A DNA stretch of 64,000 nt from Actinomycetota bacterium (GCA_041165585.1 JBEANF010000013.1:7692-71691), one strand, 5' to 3'; counted from the stretch's first letter, positions 33,073-42,961 are shown. The notes: generated by a model not told the origin, from the sequence alone. Numbers and translations: made by a program.

Positions 33073-33989
33073 TGCGTTTAGCTGTTGCCGCATCGTCTGC
33101 GGTAGCGATACCAACACTTGAGCATTTACAGAATAGCCCGCATCAACTTGTTCGAATTTTCACGACATCTGACTCACACAGTGGTCGAGGGAGAGCACTG
33201 AAACAGAGTGAGATTGCAGAATGGGCAAGTCGTTCTGGAGCAGATTTAGTCAAAGTTGGATCTGCAACAGAGATGCAGAATCATTTACGCGATTTAGATT
33301 GTGTTATTACTATTGCTTTCGGAATTCTTTTGCCTGAAGATATCCTTGGAATACCTACGCATGGTTTTATAAATCTACATTTCAGCGTTCTACCCGCTTG
33401 GAGAGGCGCCGCCCCCGTTCAAAGAGCTATAGAGCATGGCGATGAGTTGATTGGAGCCACTGTGTTCCAATTAGATCGGGGAATGGACACAGGTCCGATA
33501 TACAGATCGCTTTCACTTACTAGGGATCCTGATCTGCGGAGTAAAGAGGTACTTGAACTTCTGTCACGTGAGGGCGTCCAATTAGTCGCCGATTCACTAG
33601 ATGACATTGCCGCAGGTGTGATCCCACGGCCTCAATCCGACGTAGGTGCGAGTTTGGCCCCAAAAATTCTCAAGAGTGAGGCGGTAGTCGATTGGTCAAG
33701 ATCGGCAATCGAGGTTCACAACAAAATATGTGCTCTCTTTCCCAATCCCGTTGCCTTTACTCGGGTACGTGGCAAAGTTTTAAAGATCACTAAGTGCTTT
33801 CGTGTTAGGAAGGAATTTTCTGGAAATTTATCAGTCGGTGAGATTGTCATCGAGAATGACTGCGTCTTTGTCATCTGCGCAGAGGGTGCGATAGAGCTTA
33901 AGTCTGTGATTCCTGAAGGCAAAGGCGAGATGGATGCCTCAGCCTGGGCGAGAGGATTCCGACCGGTTCCTGGTGAACTTTGTGGTTGA
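33072..33989 (+). CDS. fmt: Methionyl-tRNA formyltransferase
   Basis: INLHFSVLP.WRGAAP, MDTGP and APKI.K motifs; follows def. Confidence 0.92.
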   Translation: MRLAVAASSAVAIPTLEHLQNSPHQLVRIFTTSDSHSGRGRALKQSEIAEWASRSGADLVKVGSATEMQNHLRDLDCVITIAFGILLPEDILGIPTHGFINLHFSVLPAWRGAAPVQRAIEHGDELIGATVFQLDRGMDTGPIYRSLSLTRDPDLRSKEVLELLSREGVQLVADSLDDIAAGVIPRPQSDVGASLAPKILKSEAVVDWSRSAIEVHNKICALFPNPVAFTRVRGKVLKITKCFRVRKEFSGNLSVGEIVIENDCVFVICAEGAIELKSVIPEGKGEMDASAWARGFRPVPGELCG

Positions 33990-35337
33990 AGCACGGCGCC
34001 ATGCTTTTAGAAAACCAAAGGCTGATCCGATCCGTCTCTTAGTCTTCGACATTTTATCTGAGGTAAATCGGCGTGATGGGTATTCAAACCTGCTCTTGCC
34101 CAAGGCTTTAGAGAACTCGAAATTCGACGCTCGAGATAGGGCTTTTGCCACCGAACTTCTCTACGGAACATTACGCATGCAAGGACGTCATGACTATACA
34201 TTGAGTCAAATCAGCGATCGCCCGTGGAGTGAAGTCGATGCCGGTATCGTTGATGTCACACGAATGGGATTGCAGCAGATTTTTGAAATGCGTGTTCCTA
34301 TGCATGCGGCAGTTTCAGAAAGTGTTGAACTTGCACGCCAGGTATTGGGGGAGTCTAAGGCATCTTTTGTGAATGCACTTTTGCGCAAAGTAAGTGCTCG
34401 CACACTTGATGAATGGTTAGCTCCTGCTCGTGAAATTAGAGACGATGTCTCTCGATTAGCCATCATTTATTCTCACCCCGAGTGGATTGTGAGTGCATAC
34501 TTTGATCTATTGAGAGATTTTGCAGAAGTTGAAGATCTCCTCAGTGCTAATAACACGCCGGCGCAGCCAACATTTGTTGCGTGGCCTGGTCGTTCATCCC
34601 GCGAAGAGTTTGAGATTTTTGGCATGAGTCCAACTCCTTATTCGTCTTACGGTTTTACAGCAGATGCCACTCCATCTTCGCTAGAAGCAGTTCGACATCG
34701 TAGAGCTGGTGTACAAGATGAAGGATCTCAACTGGTTGCCGAAATCTTTGCTAAAGCTTCCGCGCATTCGAATTCATGGCTAGATCTCTGTGCTGGTCCT
34801 GGTGGCAAAGCTGCTCTACTTGCCTCAATAGCTGCCGAATCCGGTCGAGAATTTACCGCAAATGAAGTTTCCCAGGCGCGCGCTGATCTAGTTCAGAAAG
34901 TGATCGGGAGATATCCAGTTTGGGTAGGTGATGCACGTTTGATCGAGTCTCGCGGCCAGACCTTCGATGCCATATTGGCCGACGTGCCGTGTACTGGAAT
35001 AGGTGCGCTGCGACGTCGACCCGAAATTCGCTGGCGAAGATCGATTGCAGATATGAGAGCCCTGATTCAATTGCAACGGGAGATTGCCGATGCTGCACTT
35101 TCGTCGTTGAGTCGCGGCGGAATCTTTGGATATGCGACATGTTCGCCTCATCTGGCCGAAACAAGTATTTTGGTAGGTGACATGCTCAAGCGTCATCCTG
35201 AGCTTGAGCAGATTGATGTCTCTAATTATCTTCCCGAGAATCTAAATGGAGCGATACGCGATGGATCTCTTTCACTATGGACTCATAGACACAACACCGA
35301 TGCAATGTTTCTAGCCCTCTTTCGGAAGATTGGTTGA
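33982..35337 (+). CDS. rsmB: 16S rRNA m5C methyltransferase RsmB/Sun (NusB-like N-domain)
   Basis: ELLYGTLR, FVNALLR, SHP.W, VQDEGSQ, DLCAGPGGK, DVPCTG and YATCS. GTG 33982 is the probable start. Confidence 0.92.
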   Translation: MVEARRHAFRKPKADPIRLLVFDILSEVNRRDGYSNLLLPKALENSKFDARDRAFATELLYGTLRMQGRHDYTLSQISDRPWSEVDAGIVDVTRMGLQQIFEMRVPMHAAVSESVELARQVLGESKASFVNALLRKVSARTLDEWLAPAREIRDDVSRLAIIYSHPEWIVSAYFDLLRDFAEVEDLLSANNTPAQPTFVAWPGRSSREEFEIFGMSPTPYSSYGFTADATPSSLEAVRHRRAGVQDEGSQLVAEIFAKASAHSNSWLDLCAGPGGKAALLASIAAESGREFTANEVSQARADLVQKVIGRYPVWVGDARLIESRGQTFDAILADVPCTGIGALRRRPEIRWRRSIADMRALIQLQREIADAALSSLSRGGIFGYATCSPHLAETSILVGDMLKRHPELEQIDVSNYLPENLNGAIRDGSLSLWTHRHNTDAMFLALFRKIG

Positions 35338-35352
35338 GGTAACCTTCAACTC

Positions 35353-36003
35353 ATGGGTATCAGAATTACGCCAAGTATTCTTAACGCCGATTTCTCCAAT
35401 CTGGATGGGGAGATTGCCAAGATTGCTCCAGTCTCTGACCTCTTACACCTGGATGTTATGGACAATATCTTTGTTCCTAACTTCACCTTTGATGCGCAAA
35501 CCGCCTTTGGAATCATCTCTCGTTCGCCAATCCCAGTTGATTCCCATCTGATGGTAAGTAATGTTGATGAAATTGCTCCTTTATATGCGCAAGCTGGTAG
35601 TGCTAGTGTGACTATCCACGCAGAAGCCTGCCTCGACATTTCAAAGACTCTCAAAGCGATTAGATTTTATGGAGCCAGAGCGGCCTTAGCGCTGAAACCG
35701 GCAAGTAATTTTGATGATTATCGTAACTACATGGATCAGGTAGATATGCTCCTAGTTATGACAGTCGAGCCTGGTTTTGGTGGACAGAAATTTATGGAAT
35801 CCATGATGGATAAGGTCAGAAAAGCTCGTCGTGAAATTGGTGATAGGCAGATTTGGTTACAGGTCGACGGTGGCATCTCAGAGCAGACTATTGAAATCGC
35901 TCGTGATGCCGGAGCAGATACTTTTGTTGCAGGTAGCGCCGTCTTTAACTCGCCAGACCCCGCGCAGATGGTTGGTCATCTACGTCAACTCGCTAGTAAT
36001 TAA
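35353..36003 (+). CDS. rpe: Ribulose-phosphate 3-epimerase
   Basis: PSIL.ADF, HLDVMD..FVPN, MTVEPGFGGQ, VDGG and VAGSA motifs. Confidence 0.97.
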   Translation: MGIRITPSILNADFSNLDGEIAKIAPVSDLLHLDVMDNIFVPNFTFDAQTAFGIISRSPIPVDSHLMVSNVDEIAPLYAQAGSASVTIHAEACLDISKTLKAIRFYGARAALALKPASNFDDYRNYMDQVDMLLVMTVEPGFGGQKFMESMMDKVRKARREIGDRQIWLQVDGGISEQTIEIARDAGADTFVAGSAVFNSPDPAQMVGHLRQLASN

Positions 36004-36043
36004 TAGCGTCTCCTGATGATCTGGCATCAAGTAAACTACAGTC

Positions 36044-36307
36044 ATGAAATCATTTGATGAGTTGTGGGTTGAACTTGCCCAAAAAGCAATCGATCGACCT
36101 GCCGACTCTTCAACGATCGCAGCCCTAGATGCTGGAATCCATACCATCGGTAAGAAGATTATTGAGGAGGCCGGTGAAGTTTGGCTCGCCGCAGAGCACG
36201 AAGGCAATGACGCGCTAGCCGAGGAGATTAGTCAACTTCTCTATCATCTGCAGACATTGATGCTAGCCCGAGGTTTAACTCCAACCGACATTTACAAATA
36301 TCTCTAA
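36044..36307 (+). CDS. hisE: Phosphoribosyl-ATP diphosphatase
   Basis: [16 protein letters not shown] and EEISQLLYH; upstream of hisG. Confidence 0.95.
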   Translation: MKSFDELWVELAQKAIDRPADSSTIAALDAGIHTIGKKIIEEAGEVWLAAEHEGNDALAEEISQLLYHLQTLMLARGLTPTDIYKYL

Positions 36308-36324
36308 ACCCCTTAAGGAGCCAC

Positions 36325-37170
36325 ATGTTAAGAATTGCAATACCAAATAAAGGTTCTTTGGCTGAAGAGTCCATAGGAATCTTGAAAGAGGCTGGGTACA
36401 GACAGCGCAGCGATTCAAGGGATTTAATTCTTGTCGATAATACAAATGGTGTTGAGTTTTATTATCTTCGTCCGCGCGACATTGCCATTTATGTCGGCTC
36501 AGGCGAGTTAGAGGCTGGGATCACTGGCCGAGATTTACTTCTGGATTCAGGTGCATCTGCCAAAGAGATAATGGCTCTGAATTTCGGTGGCTCCACTTTT
36601 AGATTTGCAGCTCCTATAGGCAGTAGTTACTCAATCAAAGATATAAATAGAAAGCGTGTGGCTACGGCATACCCTGGATTGGTTTCTAGTTATCTGCAAT
36701 CATGCGGAGTGAGTGCCGATGTCGTTCGTCTTGATGGAGCCGTTGAGAGCAGCGTACGTCTTGGAGTTGCTGATCTCATCGCAGATGTAGTGAGCACAGG
36801 AAATACCCTTCGCCAAGCCGGTTTAGAGATTTTCGGCGAACCAATTCTGACAAGTGAGGCAATACTGATTGCGCGTGATGATGAGAATATTCCAGCTGAC
36901 CTTGAAGTTTTGATTCGACGCTTGCAAGGGGTTGTGACAGCGCGTCAGTATGTTTTGCTTGATTATGATGTAAAAAAGGTTGATATAGAGGCGGCTTGCG
37001 CCATCACTCCAGGTCTTGAATCCCCGACAATTTCACCTTTGCAAAATCCTGAGTGGTTTGCCGTTCGTGCCATGGTCCTTCGTACTTCAACGAATGAGAT
37101 CATGGATCAACTATGGGCACTTGGAGCCCGCGGGATCCTTGTCACCGATATCCATGCTTGCCGACTTTAG
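36325..37170 (+). CDS. hisG: ATP phosphoribosyltransferase (long form)
   Basis: IAIPNKG, RPRDI, GAVE, DVVSTG.TL and the C-terminal TPGLESPTISPL regulatory domain. Confidence 0.97.
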   Translation: MLRIAIPNKGSLAEESIGILKEAGYRQRSDSRDLILVDNTNGVEFYYLRPRDIAIYVGSGELEAGITGRDLLLDSGASAKEIMALNFGGSTFRFAAPIGSSYSIKDINRKRVATAYPGLVSSYLQSCGVSADVVRLDGAVESSVRLGVADLIADVVSTGNTLRQAGLEIFGEPILTSEAILIARDDENIPADLEVLIRRLQGVVTARQYVLLDYDVKKVDIEAACAITPGLESPTISPLQNPEWFAVRAMVLRTSTNEIMDQLWALGARGILVTDIHACRL

Positions 37171-37174
37171 ATCG

Positions 37175-38380
37175 CTATTTACGAGCGCTCTGGCCTGATT
37201 CCTCTACATCTTCGCGGCTAATTCCAAGAAGATAAAGCACGCTATCCAGGTAAGGTGCACTCAGCGCGCTATCTGCAGCAGCTCGCACTGCGGGTTTTGC
37301 ATTGAAGGCTATTCCAAGTCCTGCCAGTGCGATCATGTCGAGATCGTTGGCACCGTCACCTATTGCCACAGTCTGCGCAAGTTCTACTTTTTCGATAGCA
37401 GCAAAATCACGGAGCGCTTGAGCTTTGGCGGCTCTATCTATAACTGGCCCAGTCACATTTCCAGTGAGAACTCCATCGATGATCTCCAGCGAGTTGGCTC
37501 TAAAGTGGTTTATATTCAAGGAGTCCAAGAGAGGTTCAATCACTTCTCTGAAACCACCTGAAACGACTGCAACGGTATGTCCGAGCTTTTGCAATGTACT
37601 GACCAGGGTTTTGGCACCAGGAGTAAGTGAGATTTCGTCCCTCACTTGATTAATGACCGATTCTGGCAAGCCTTTAAGTAGCGTGACTCTCTCTCGCAAA
37701 CTTGCTTCGAAGTCGAGTTCACCAGCCATGGCGCGATCTGTTATTGCCTTAATCTTTTCTTGAACCCCAGCTTTTGCGCCAAGTAATTCAATAACTTCCT
37801 GCGATATCAGGGTTGAATCTACATCCATAAGGACTAGCTTCTTCGCCCAGCGCATTAAGCCGCCGGGGGAGACGGCGATGTCAATGTCATATTCAGATGC
37901 AAGTGGAGTGAGTAACTTCTTTAACTCATCACTAGTTGATCCGCTGACAACGCACTCAATTGCAGTTAGTGGGTAGCTTGCGGTGCGGTGAATTCGTTCT
38001 ATATTTGCACCAGACCTAGCAATTTCAGATGCCACCGCGCCGAGAGCGGCCGGCTTTAGGTTTTGAGAGAGAAGTACCACATGAGTTAATCCAATTTTGG
38101 CAGCGATGCTGTCATTTTCTTGTTCAGAGAAAGCGATAGCGATATCCAGATTTAGTGACTCTGCCATCTCGTTGAGATCGATCTCGACGGCTTTCGCATG
38201 AGCACTATCTAGCCCAATCAAGATTGTCAGGATGAGTCGTGAACGGATAACCACTTGTTCTATATCAAGAATGGAGAGTGAGAAGGGGGCCAGAGAGGAG
38301 AAAAGGGCCTCGGTAATTCCAGGTCTATCTTCACCAGAGACGAGAATCAATCCGGTGAAATGTGCCTTCGTGGTATCCAT
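37175..38380 (-). CDS. serB: Phosphoserine phosphatase with two N-terminal ACT domains
   Basis: GEDRPG ACT motif, DVDSTL, VSGGF, GDGANDL and FNAKP. Confidence 0.95.
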   Translation of the reverse strand: MDTTKAHFTGLILVSGEDRPGITEALFSSLAPFSLSILDIEQVVIRSRLILTILIGLDSAHAKAVEIDLNEMAESLNLDIAIAFSEQENDSIAAKIGLTHVVLLSQNLKPAALGAVASEIARSGANIERIHRTASYPLTAIECVVSGSTSDELKKLLTPLASEYDIDIAVSPGGLMRWAKKLVLMDVDSTLISQEVIELLGAKAGVQEKIKAITDRAMAGELDFEASLRERVTLLKGLPESVINQVRDEISLTPGAKTLVSTLQKLGHTVAVVSGGFREVIEPLLDSLNINHFRANSLEIIDGVLTGNVTGPVIDRAAKAQALRDFAAIEKVELAQTVAIGDGANDLDMIALAGLGIAFNAKPAVRAAADSALSAPYLDSVLYLLGISREDVEESGQSARK

Positions 38381-38461
38381 GTGGAGAGATTATCGTGAAT
38401 CACAAGGCAAACTCTGCGAATTTCTCTGTAAAAGAGAGATATTGGCACTATCTTTTAGCCC

Positions 38462-39253
38462 GTGAGTGAACAGGAAGTTCTGCGGGTATCGGATGCATTT
38501 GTGCGACGGGGATCTCGGACGATTCTGGGGCCAATCACCTTCGCAATCGCTCCTGGTGAGCGTTGGGTAATTCTGGGCCCCAATGGTGCTGGAAAATCGA
38601 CCCTTCTCAACCTCTTGGCTACCCGCTCTTTTCCAACTTCAGGGAAGGTCTTTGTATTAGAAAAGGAATTGGGGAAAGTTGACCTATTTGAGTTGCGCAC
38701 CAGAATAGGTTTAGCCGGAGTAGGTATCTCAGAAGACATTCCCTATGAAGAAAAAGTACGCGATGTTGTGGTCACAGCTGCCTACGCGGTCATTGGTCGC
38801 TGGAATGAAGATTATGATCTTTGGGATGAATCACGGGCGGTTGCATTACTCACAACTTTCGGCGTGCGCGATCTGGCAGATCGTGAATACGGATCTTTGA
38901 GCGAGGGTGAAAAGAAGCGAGTGCAGATTTCGCGTGCTCTGATGGCAGATCCTGAACTATTACTTTTAGATGAGCCAACTGCCGGTCTTGATGTAGGCGG
39001 GCGAGAGGATTTATTGCGCCGTTTCTCGGCTTTCTCAAGTGATCCAAGCGCGCCGGCAACGGTCATAGTCACTCACCATATTGAGGAAATACCCGTAGGA
39101 ACTACTCATGCCTTGTTGCTCAAAAATGGCACCATCGCCGTCAGCGGGCCAGTAAATCAAGTAGTTACGAGCGAACATATAAGCGCGGTCTTCGAGGTCG
39201 AGGTTGCAGTTCACTTTGACGGTTCACGTTTCTATGCTCGTGCCAATTCGTGA
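38462..39253 (+). CDS. ABC transporter ATP-binding protein (YlmA/ModF-like, no adjacent permease)
   Basis: GPNGAGKST, LSEGE, LLLDEP and VTHHIEE motifs. Confidence 0.88.
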   Translation: MSEQEVLRVSDAFVRRGSRTILGPITFAIAPGERWVILGPNGAGKSTLLNLLATRSFPTSGKVFVLEKELGKVDLFELRTRIGLAGVGISEDIPYEEKVRDVVVTAAYAVIGRWNEDYDLWDESRAVALLTTFGVRDLADREYGSLSEGEKKRVQISRALMADPELLLLDEPTAGLDVGGREDLLRRFSAFSSDPSAPATVIVTHHIEEIPVGTTHALLLKNGTIAVSGPVNQVVTSEHISAVFEVEVAVHFDGSRFYARANS

Positions 39254-39894
39254 GTAGAACACTTTTCGACCCCATCCATCCTTCTTGGAATGGAGTGATA
39301 GATCCGATGAGGGAGAAGATTTCAGCGATTTTTGCTGAGATTTCTCAGACGGAATTCATACCCGCAGTAGATCGAATCTTTAGCCCCCTTAGAGTCGATA
39401 TGAATGCCGTAAAGGTGGTCATAGTTGGACAAGATCCGTACCCAAATCCCAATTACGCCGATGGCTTTGCTTTCTCGGTAAAGAGAGAGATTTCACCTTT
39501 TCCAGGATCGCTAATTAACATCTTTAAGGAGCTGGAATCAGATTGCAGCACCCCTCTTCCTTTAAATGGAAATCTGGAGAGGTGGGCCGAGCAAGGCGTT
39601 CTATTGATCAATCGAACACTGACGACGAGGCCGGGGGAGTCACACTCGCATCAAAGGTCTGGTTGGCTAGAGATCACCGAATCAATTATTTCATCTGTTG
39701 CATCAAAGGGCGTTGTTGGAATTCTATGGGGTGGTAATGCTCACCAGCTATCAGATTACTTTCTTGACGGAAAGGTGATCAAAAGTGCACATCCGAGCCC
39801 ACTAAGTGCCTATCGTGGGTTCTTTGGCTCTCGCCCATTTTCGAGAACCAATGAGATTTTACTTTCAGAAGGAATAAATCCAATAGTCTGGTAG
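39250..39894 (+). CDS. ung: Uracil-DNA glycosylase (family 1)
   Basis: GQDPYP, W..QGVLL.N and HPSPLSA.RGFFGSRPFS motifs. Confidence 0.95.
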   Translation: MSRTLFDPIHPSWNGVIDPMREKISAIFAEISQTEFIPAVDRIFSPLRVDMNAVKVVIVGQDPYPNPNYADGFAFSVKREISPFPGSLINIFKELESDCSTPLPLNGNLERWAEQGVLLINRTLTTRPGESHSHQRSGWLEITESIISSVASKGVVGILWGGNAHQLSDYFLDGKVIKSAHPSPLSAYRGFFGSRPFSRTNEILLSEGINPIVW

Positions 39895-39896
39895 TA

Positions 39897-39937
39897 AATA
39901 AGCCGGCCACTCACAGAGCGTGAGCGACCGGCTTATT
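39897..39937 (-). terminator. Intrinsic terminator between convergent ung and NCS2 permease (probably bidirectional)
   Basis: AATAAGCCGGCCACTCAC-agagc-GTGAGCGACCGGCTTATT. Its two mismatches become G-U pairs on the minus-strand RNA, which is followed by a U-rich tract. Confidence 0.8.
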
Positions 39938-39953
39938 ACTTATTTGAAATTAC

Positions 39954-41390
39954 TTATCCAACCCAGATATTAATTGGGGACTGGAGGAAGTAGATCATGA
40001 AGAGGCCAGATACAAGCCAGAGAAGTGGATGGATCTCTTTAGCTCGTCCCTGAATGGCGCGGATGATTACGTGGGTAACGAATCCAACACCGATACCTAC
40101 AGAGATGTTGTACGTAAATGGCATCAAGATGATTGTGAGGAATGCTGGAATAGCTACGCCGTAATCTTCCCAATCAATGCTCTTGATCTGAGTCATCATC
40201 AAAAATCCGACGATAATGAGAGCAGGAGTTGCAGCCTCGTAAGGAATGATGGCGACGAGAGGAGCTAAGAATGTTGTGAGCAGGAAGAGAATTCCTGTAA
40301 CAACAGAAGCCAATCCAGTACGCGCACCTTCACCAACACCTGCTGCAGATTCAATATAGCTTGTGTTCGAGGAGATGCTTCCTGCACCGCCGGCCACAGC
40401 CGCAATTGAGTCTACGAAGAGGATCTTGTTGTTATTTGGAACATTGCCCTCATCATCGATTAATCCCGACTCATGTCCGATTGCCGTGACAGTTCCGACG
40501 GTGTCGAAGAAGTCAGAGAGCAGAAGGGTGAATACTAAGAGGATTGCGGTGATTACAGGCACGCGATCAAAGGATCCAAATAGATTGAAATCGCCAAAGA
40601 GTGAGAAGTCTGGTGTATCAACAAGCTTGTCAGGCATAGCAGGAACGTTCAAGTTCCAACCTTTTGGATTTACTGCTCCTGTAGCGCCATTGAACAATGG
40701 GCCAATCTTGAAAGCAGATTCAATGGCAATCGCGGCGGCTGTTGCTACAACGATACCGATAAGGATTGCACCTTTGACCTTCTTAACCAGTAATGCGATG
40801 GTAAGTAGGAGACCAATAGCGAAGACGATGATTGGCCAACCTACAAGGTTTCCATTATCGCCAAGTGTTACAGGTACTGGTCCTGTACCGGTGCGGCGAA
40901 CGAAGCCGGCATCGACTAGACCGATTAATGCGATGAATAGACCAATACCAACAGAGATCGCGATCTTGAGTTGAGCTGGTACAGCGCGGAAGACTGCACC
41001 GCGGAATCCGGTAAGAACGAGAATGGTGATTATGATGCCCTCGAGCACCACGAGTCCCATTGCATCAGCCCATGTCATCTTGGATGCAATACCAACTGCA
41101 ACGAAGGTGTTTAGACCGAGTCCAGTTGCCAGAGCGAGTGGGTAGTTACCCAATACACCCATCAAAATTGTGAGTAGTCCTGCCATGAGGGCAGTCATTG
41201 CGGCAACAAGTGCTAAGTTTGGAGCGTCTCCGCCACCGATATATTTCCCATCAGCATCTTTTGCGAGTCCGATGATGAGTGGGTTGAGCGCGACGATGTA
41301 AGCCATTGTGAAGAATGTGACGATACCGCCTCGAACTTCCTGGGCTACTGTTGATCCGCGCTCTGATATTTTGAAGTAACTATCGAGCAT
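39954..41390 (-). CDS. NCS2 family permease (AzgA/PbuG-type purine transporter)
   Basis: TFFTMAYI..NP, GLGLN, GIGLFIA.IG, DFFDTVGT and YIESAAGV.EGARTGL are AzgA-like signatures. SD GAGGAAGG. Confidence 0.92.
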   Translation of the reverse strand: MLDSYFKISERGSTVAQEVRGGIVTFFTMAYIVALNPLIIGLAKDADGKYIGGGDAPNLALVAAMTALMAGLLTILMGVLGNYPLALATGLGLNTFVAVGIASKMTWADAMGLVVLEGIIITILVLTGFRGAVFRAVPAQLKIAISVGIGLFIALIGLVDAGFVRRTGTGPVPVTLGDNGNLVGWPIIVFAIGLLLTIALLVKKVKGAILIGIVVATAAAIAIESAFKIGPLFNGATGAVNPKGWNLNVPAMPDKLVDTPDFSLFGDFNLFGSFDRVPVITAILLVFTLLLSDFFDTVGTVTAIGHESGLIDDEGNVPNNNKILFVDSIAAVAGGAGSISSNTSYIESAAGVGEGARTGLASVVTGILFLLTTFLAPLVAIIPYEAATPALIIVGFLMMTQIKSIDWEDYGVAIPAFLTIILMPFTYNISVGIGVGFVTHVIIRAIQGRAKEIHPLLWLVSGLFMIYFLQSPINIWVG

Positions 41391-41394
41391 TTCT

Positions 41395-41495
41395 TACCTT
41401 CCTCATTTTGTTGTCGGGGGTGGTTGCGACCCCGTGTGAAATGACGGCCCACAGACCGAGCACAGGTGGGGAGCTCTGCGATGGGGTCAAAATAT
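41395..41495 (-). promoter_or_regulatory. Candidate structured 5' leader of the NCS2 permease
   Basis: 118-bp intergenic region, long for this window, with several overlapping inverted repeats (41415-41434; 41448-41452/41466-41470; 41458-41461/41473-41476) and a TATTTT -10-like box at 41494-41489. Confidence 0.4.
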
Positions 41496-41508
41496 CTGAC
41501 CGGTGTTG

Positions 41509-42177
41509 TTACTTGGAGGTTAGGCGCGCAAGAATTCCGAAGGAAATTGCAACTGATTGGCCGATAAAGAGGGCAAAGAGAAGAGTTCCAAGGCCTAGAG
41601 TGCCTCCGAGGGCAGCACCTGCTATCGAGACTATGACTTCAAGTCCGAGTCGCACTCGACCTACCCGAACTCCGGTGCGTTGGTGTAGCCCAGTCATTGC
41701 CCCATCTCGCGGACCTGGTCCAAGGCCACATGTGATGTAGAAGGCTGAACCGATTCCAACAAGTGCGATACCAAGAAATGTAAAGATCAATCCAGTGAGA
41801 ATTCCCTCTTGCAGTGGAAAGATTTTTGTACCAATTTCGATAAAGAGGGAGATGATAAGAATATTGGCAAGAGTTCCAAATCCTGGTCGCTCTTTGAGTG
41901 GTATCCATAGTGAGAGAACGAACGCGCCAATAATAAGGGTAGCCGTACCTATTGAAAGTCCGCTCTTGAGTGAAATTCCTTGAGCCAGAACAGACCATGG
42001 AGCATTTCCTAATCCGGATTGAATGATCATCCCGTCACCCAGACCGAAGATAGCCAAACCGAAGATGAGAATTGCAACACGTTTTGGCGAAAGATCCCAA
42101 CGATGAGCCGCAGTCCAAGGAACCTGCGGAACTGTGCGATGAGGCTTGAACAGTGAGATCAGATTGCGCAATGACAT
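41509..42177 (-). CDS. YczE/YitT-like integral membrane protein
   Basis: Two internal repeats (GLG.APW / GLGPGPRDG; G.GTL) and about 6 TM segments. Confidence 0.8.
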   Translation of the reverse strand: MSLRNLISLFKPHRTVPQVPWTAAHRWDLSPKRVAILIFGLAIFGLGDGMIIQSGLGNAPWSVLAQGISLKSGLSIGTATLIIGAFVLSLWIPLKERPGFGTLANILIISLFIEIGTKIFPLQEGILTGLIFTFLGIALVGIGSAFYITCGLGPGPRDGAMTGLHQRTGVRVGRVRLGLEVIVSIAGAALGGTLGLGTLLFALFIGQSVAISFGILARLTSK

Positions 42178-42223
42178 TCTAGAATCCTATATCTAAGTGA
42201 GATGATTTGAGTATCCTTACGCA

Positions 42224-42958
42224 ATGTTCATTGGCTCAGGTACGTTCATCAATGTCATCGCAATAATCGCTGGCGCCTCACTTGGTGTATTTATAGGTGG
42301 TCGTATGCCCGAACGAATGCGTGCACTTATCACCGATGTTTTAGGCTTAATAACAATCTTAGGCGCGGCAACTGCTTTGGTGCGAATCTCTTCGGAAAGC
42401 TATATTGCAGCTCTTCCAAAGGGATGGCCACTTTTGGCCGTCCTTGCATCTCTTCTCATCGGCGGAGTAATTGGCAGCGCTGCTCGTTTGGAAGATCGGC
42501 TTGAAGGATTTGGACGATTCTTACGCATTAAGTTCCGAGCGGACGGCCAAGGAACTTTTGTGGAAGGTTTTCTCTCATCATCGTTGCTCTTTGTGATTGG
42601 ACCTTTGGCAATATTGGGTTCAATCAGCGACGGTATGGGTACTGGCACCGATCAGTTGATCTTGAAATCATCTCTAGACTTTTTCGCTGCTATGGCTTTT
42701 GCTGCAAGTCTTGGATGGGGAGTAGCAGCATCGGCTATCCCGGTAGGAATTTACCAAGGCATCTGGACGGTGATTGGATTCGGATTGGGCAATATCCTCT
42801 CGAAGTACCAAGTAGATGCCATGACGATAGTTGGAGGTCTCATGCTCGTCTCAATTGGACTTGGTCTACTGAAGATTAAAACAATTGCAACCGGCAACTT
42901 ACTCCCGGCATTGTTAGTGGCTCCAATCTTTGTCGGTGCTCTTCATCAATTTGTCTAA
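42224..42958 (+). CDS. DUF554 (YqgA/YdfK-like) membrane protein
   Basis: GT.IN..AI..G, F.EGF...SLLF.IGP.AILGSI.DG and KS.LD motifs. Confidence 0.85.
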   Translation: MFIGSGTFINVIAIIAGASLGVFIGGRMPERMRALITDVLGLITILGAATALVRISSESYIAALPKGWPLLAVLASLLIGGVIGSAARLEDRLEGFGRFLRIKFRADGQGTFVEGFLSSSLLFVIGPLAILGSISDGMGTGTDQLILKSSLDFFAAMAFAASLGWGVAASAIPVGIYQGIWTVIGFGLGNILSKYQVDAMTIVGGLMLVSIGLGLLKIKTIATGNLLPALLVAPIFVGALHQFV

Positions 42959-42961
42959 TCT

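Noticed and set aside
40363-40974. 203-aa antisense ORF within the NCS2 gene, and the many other short overlapping ORFs in the track
   Set aside because: These are shadow frames of well-conserved genes with no recognisable motifs or initiation signals.
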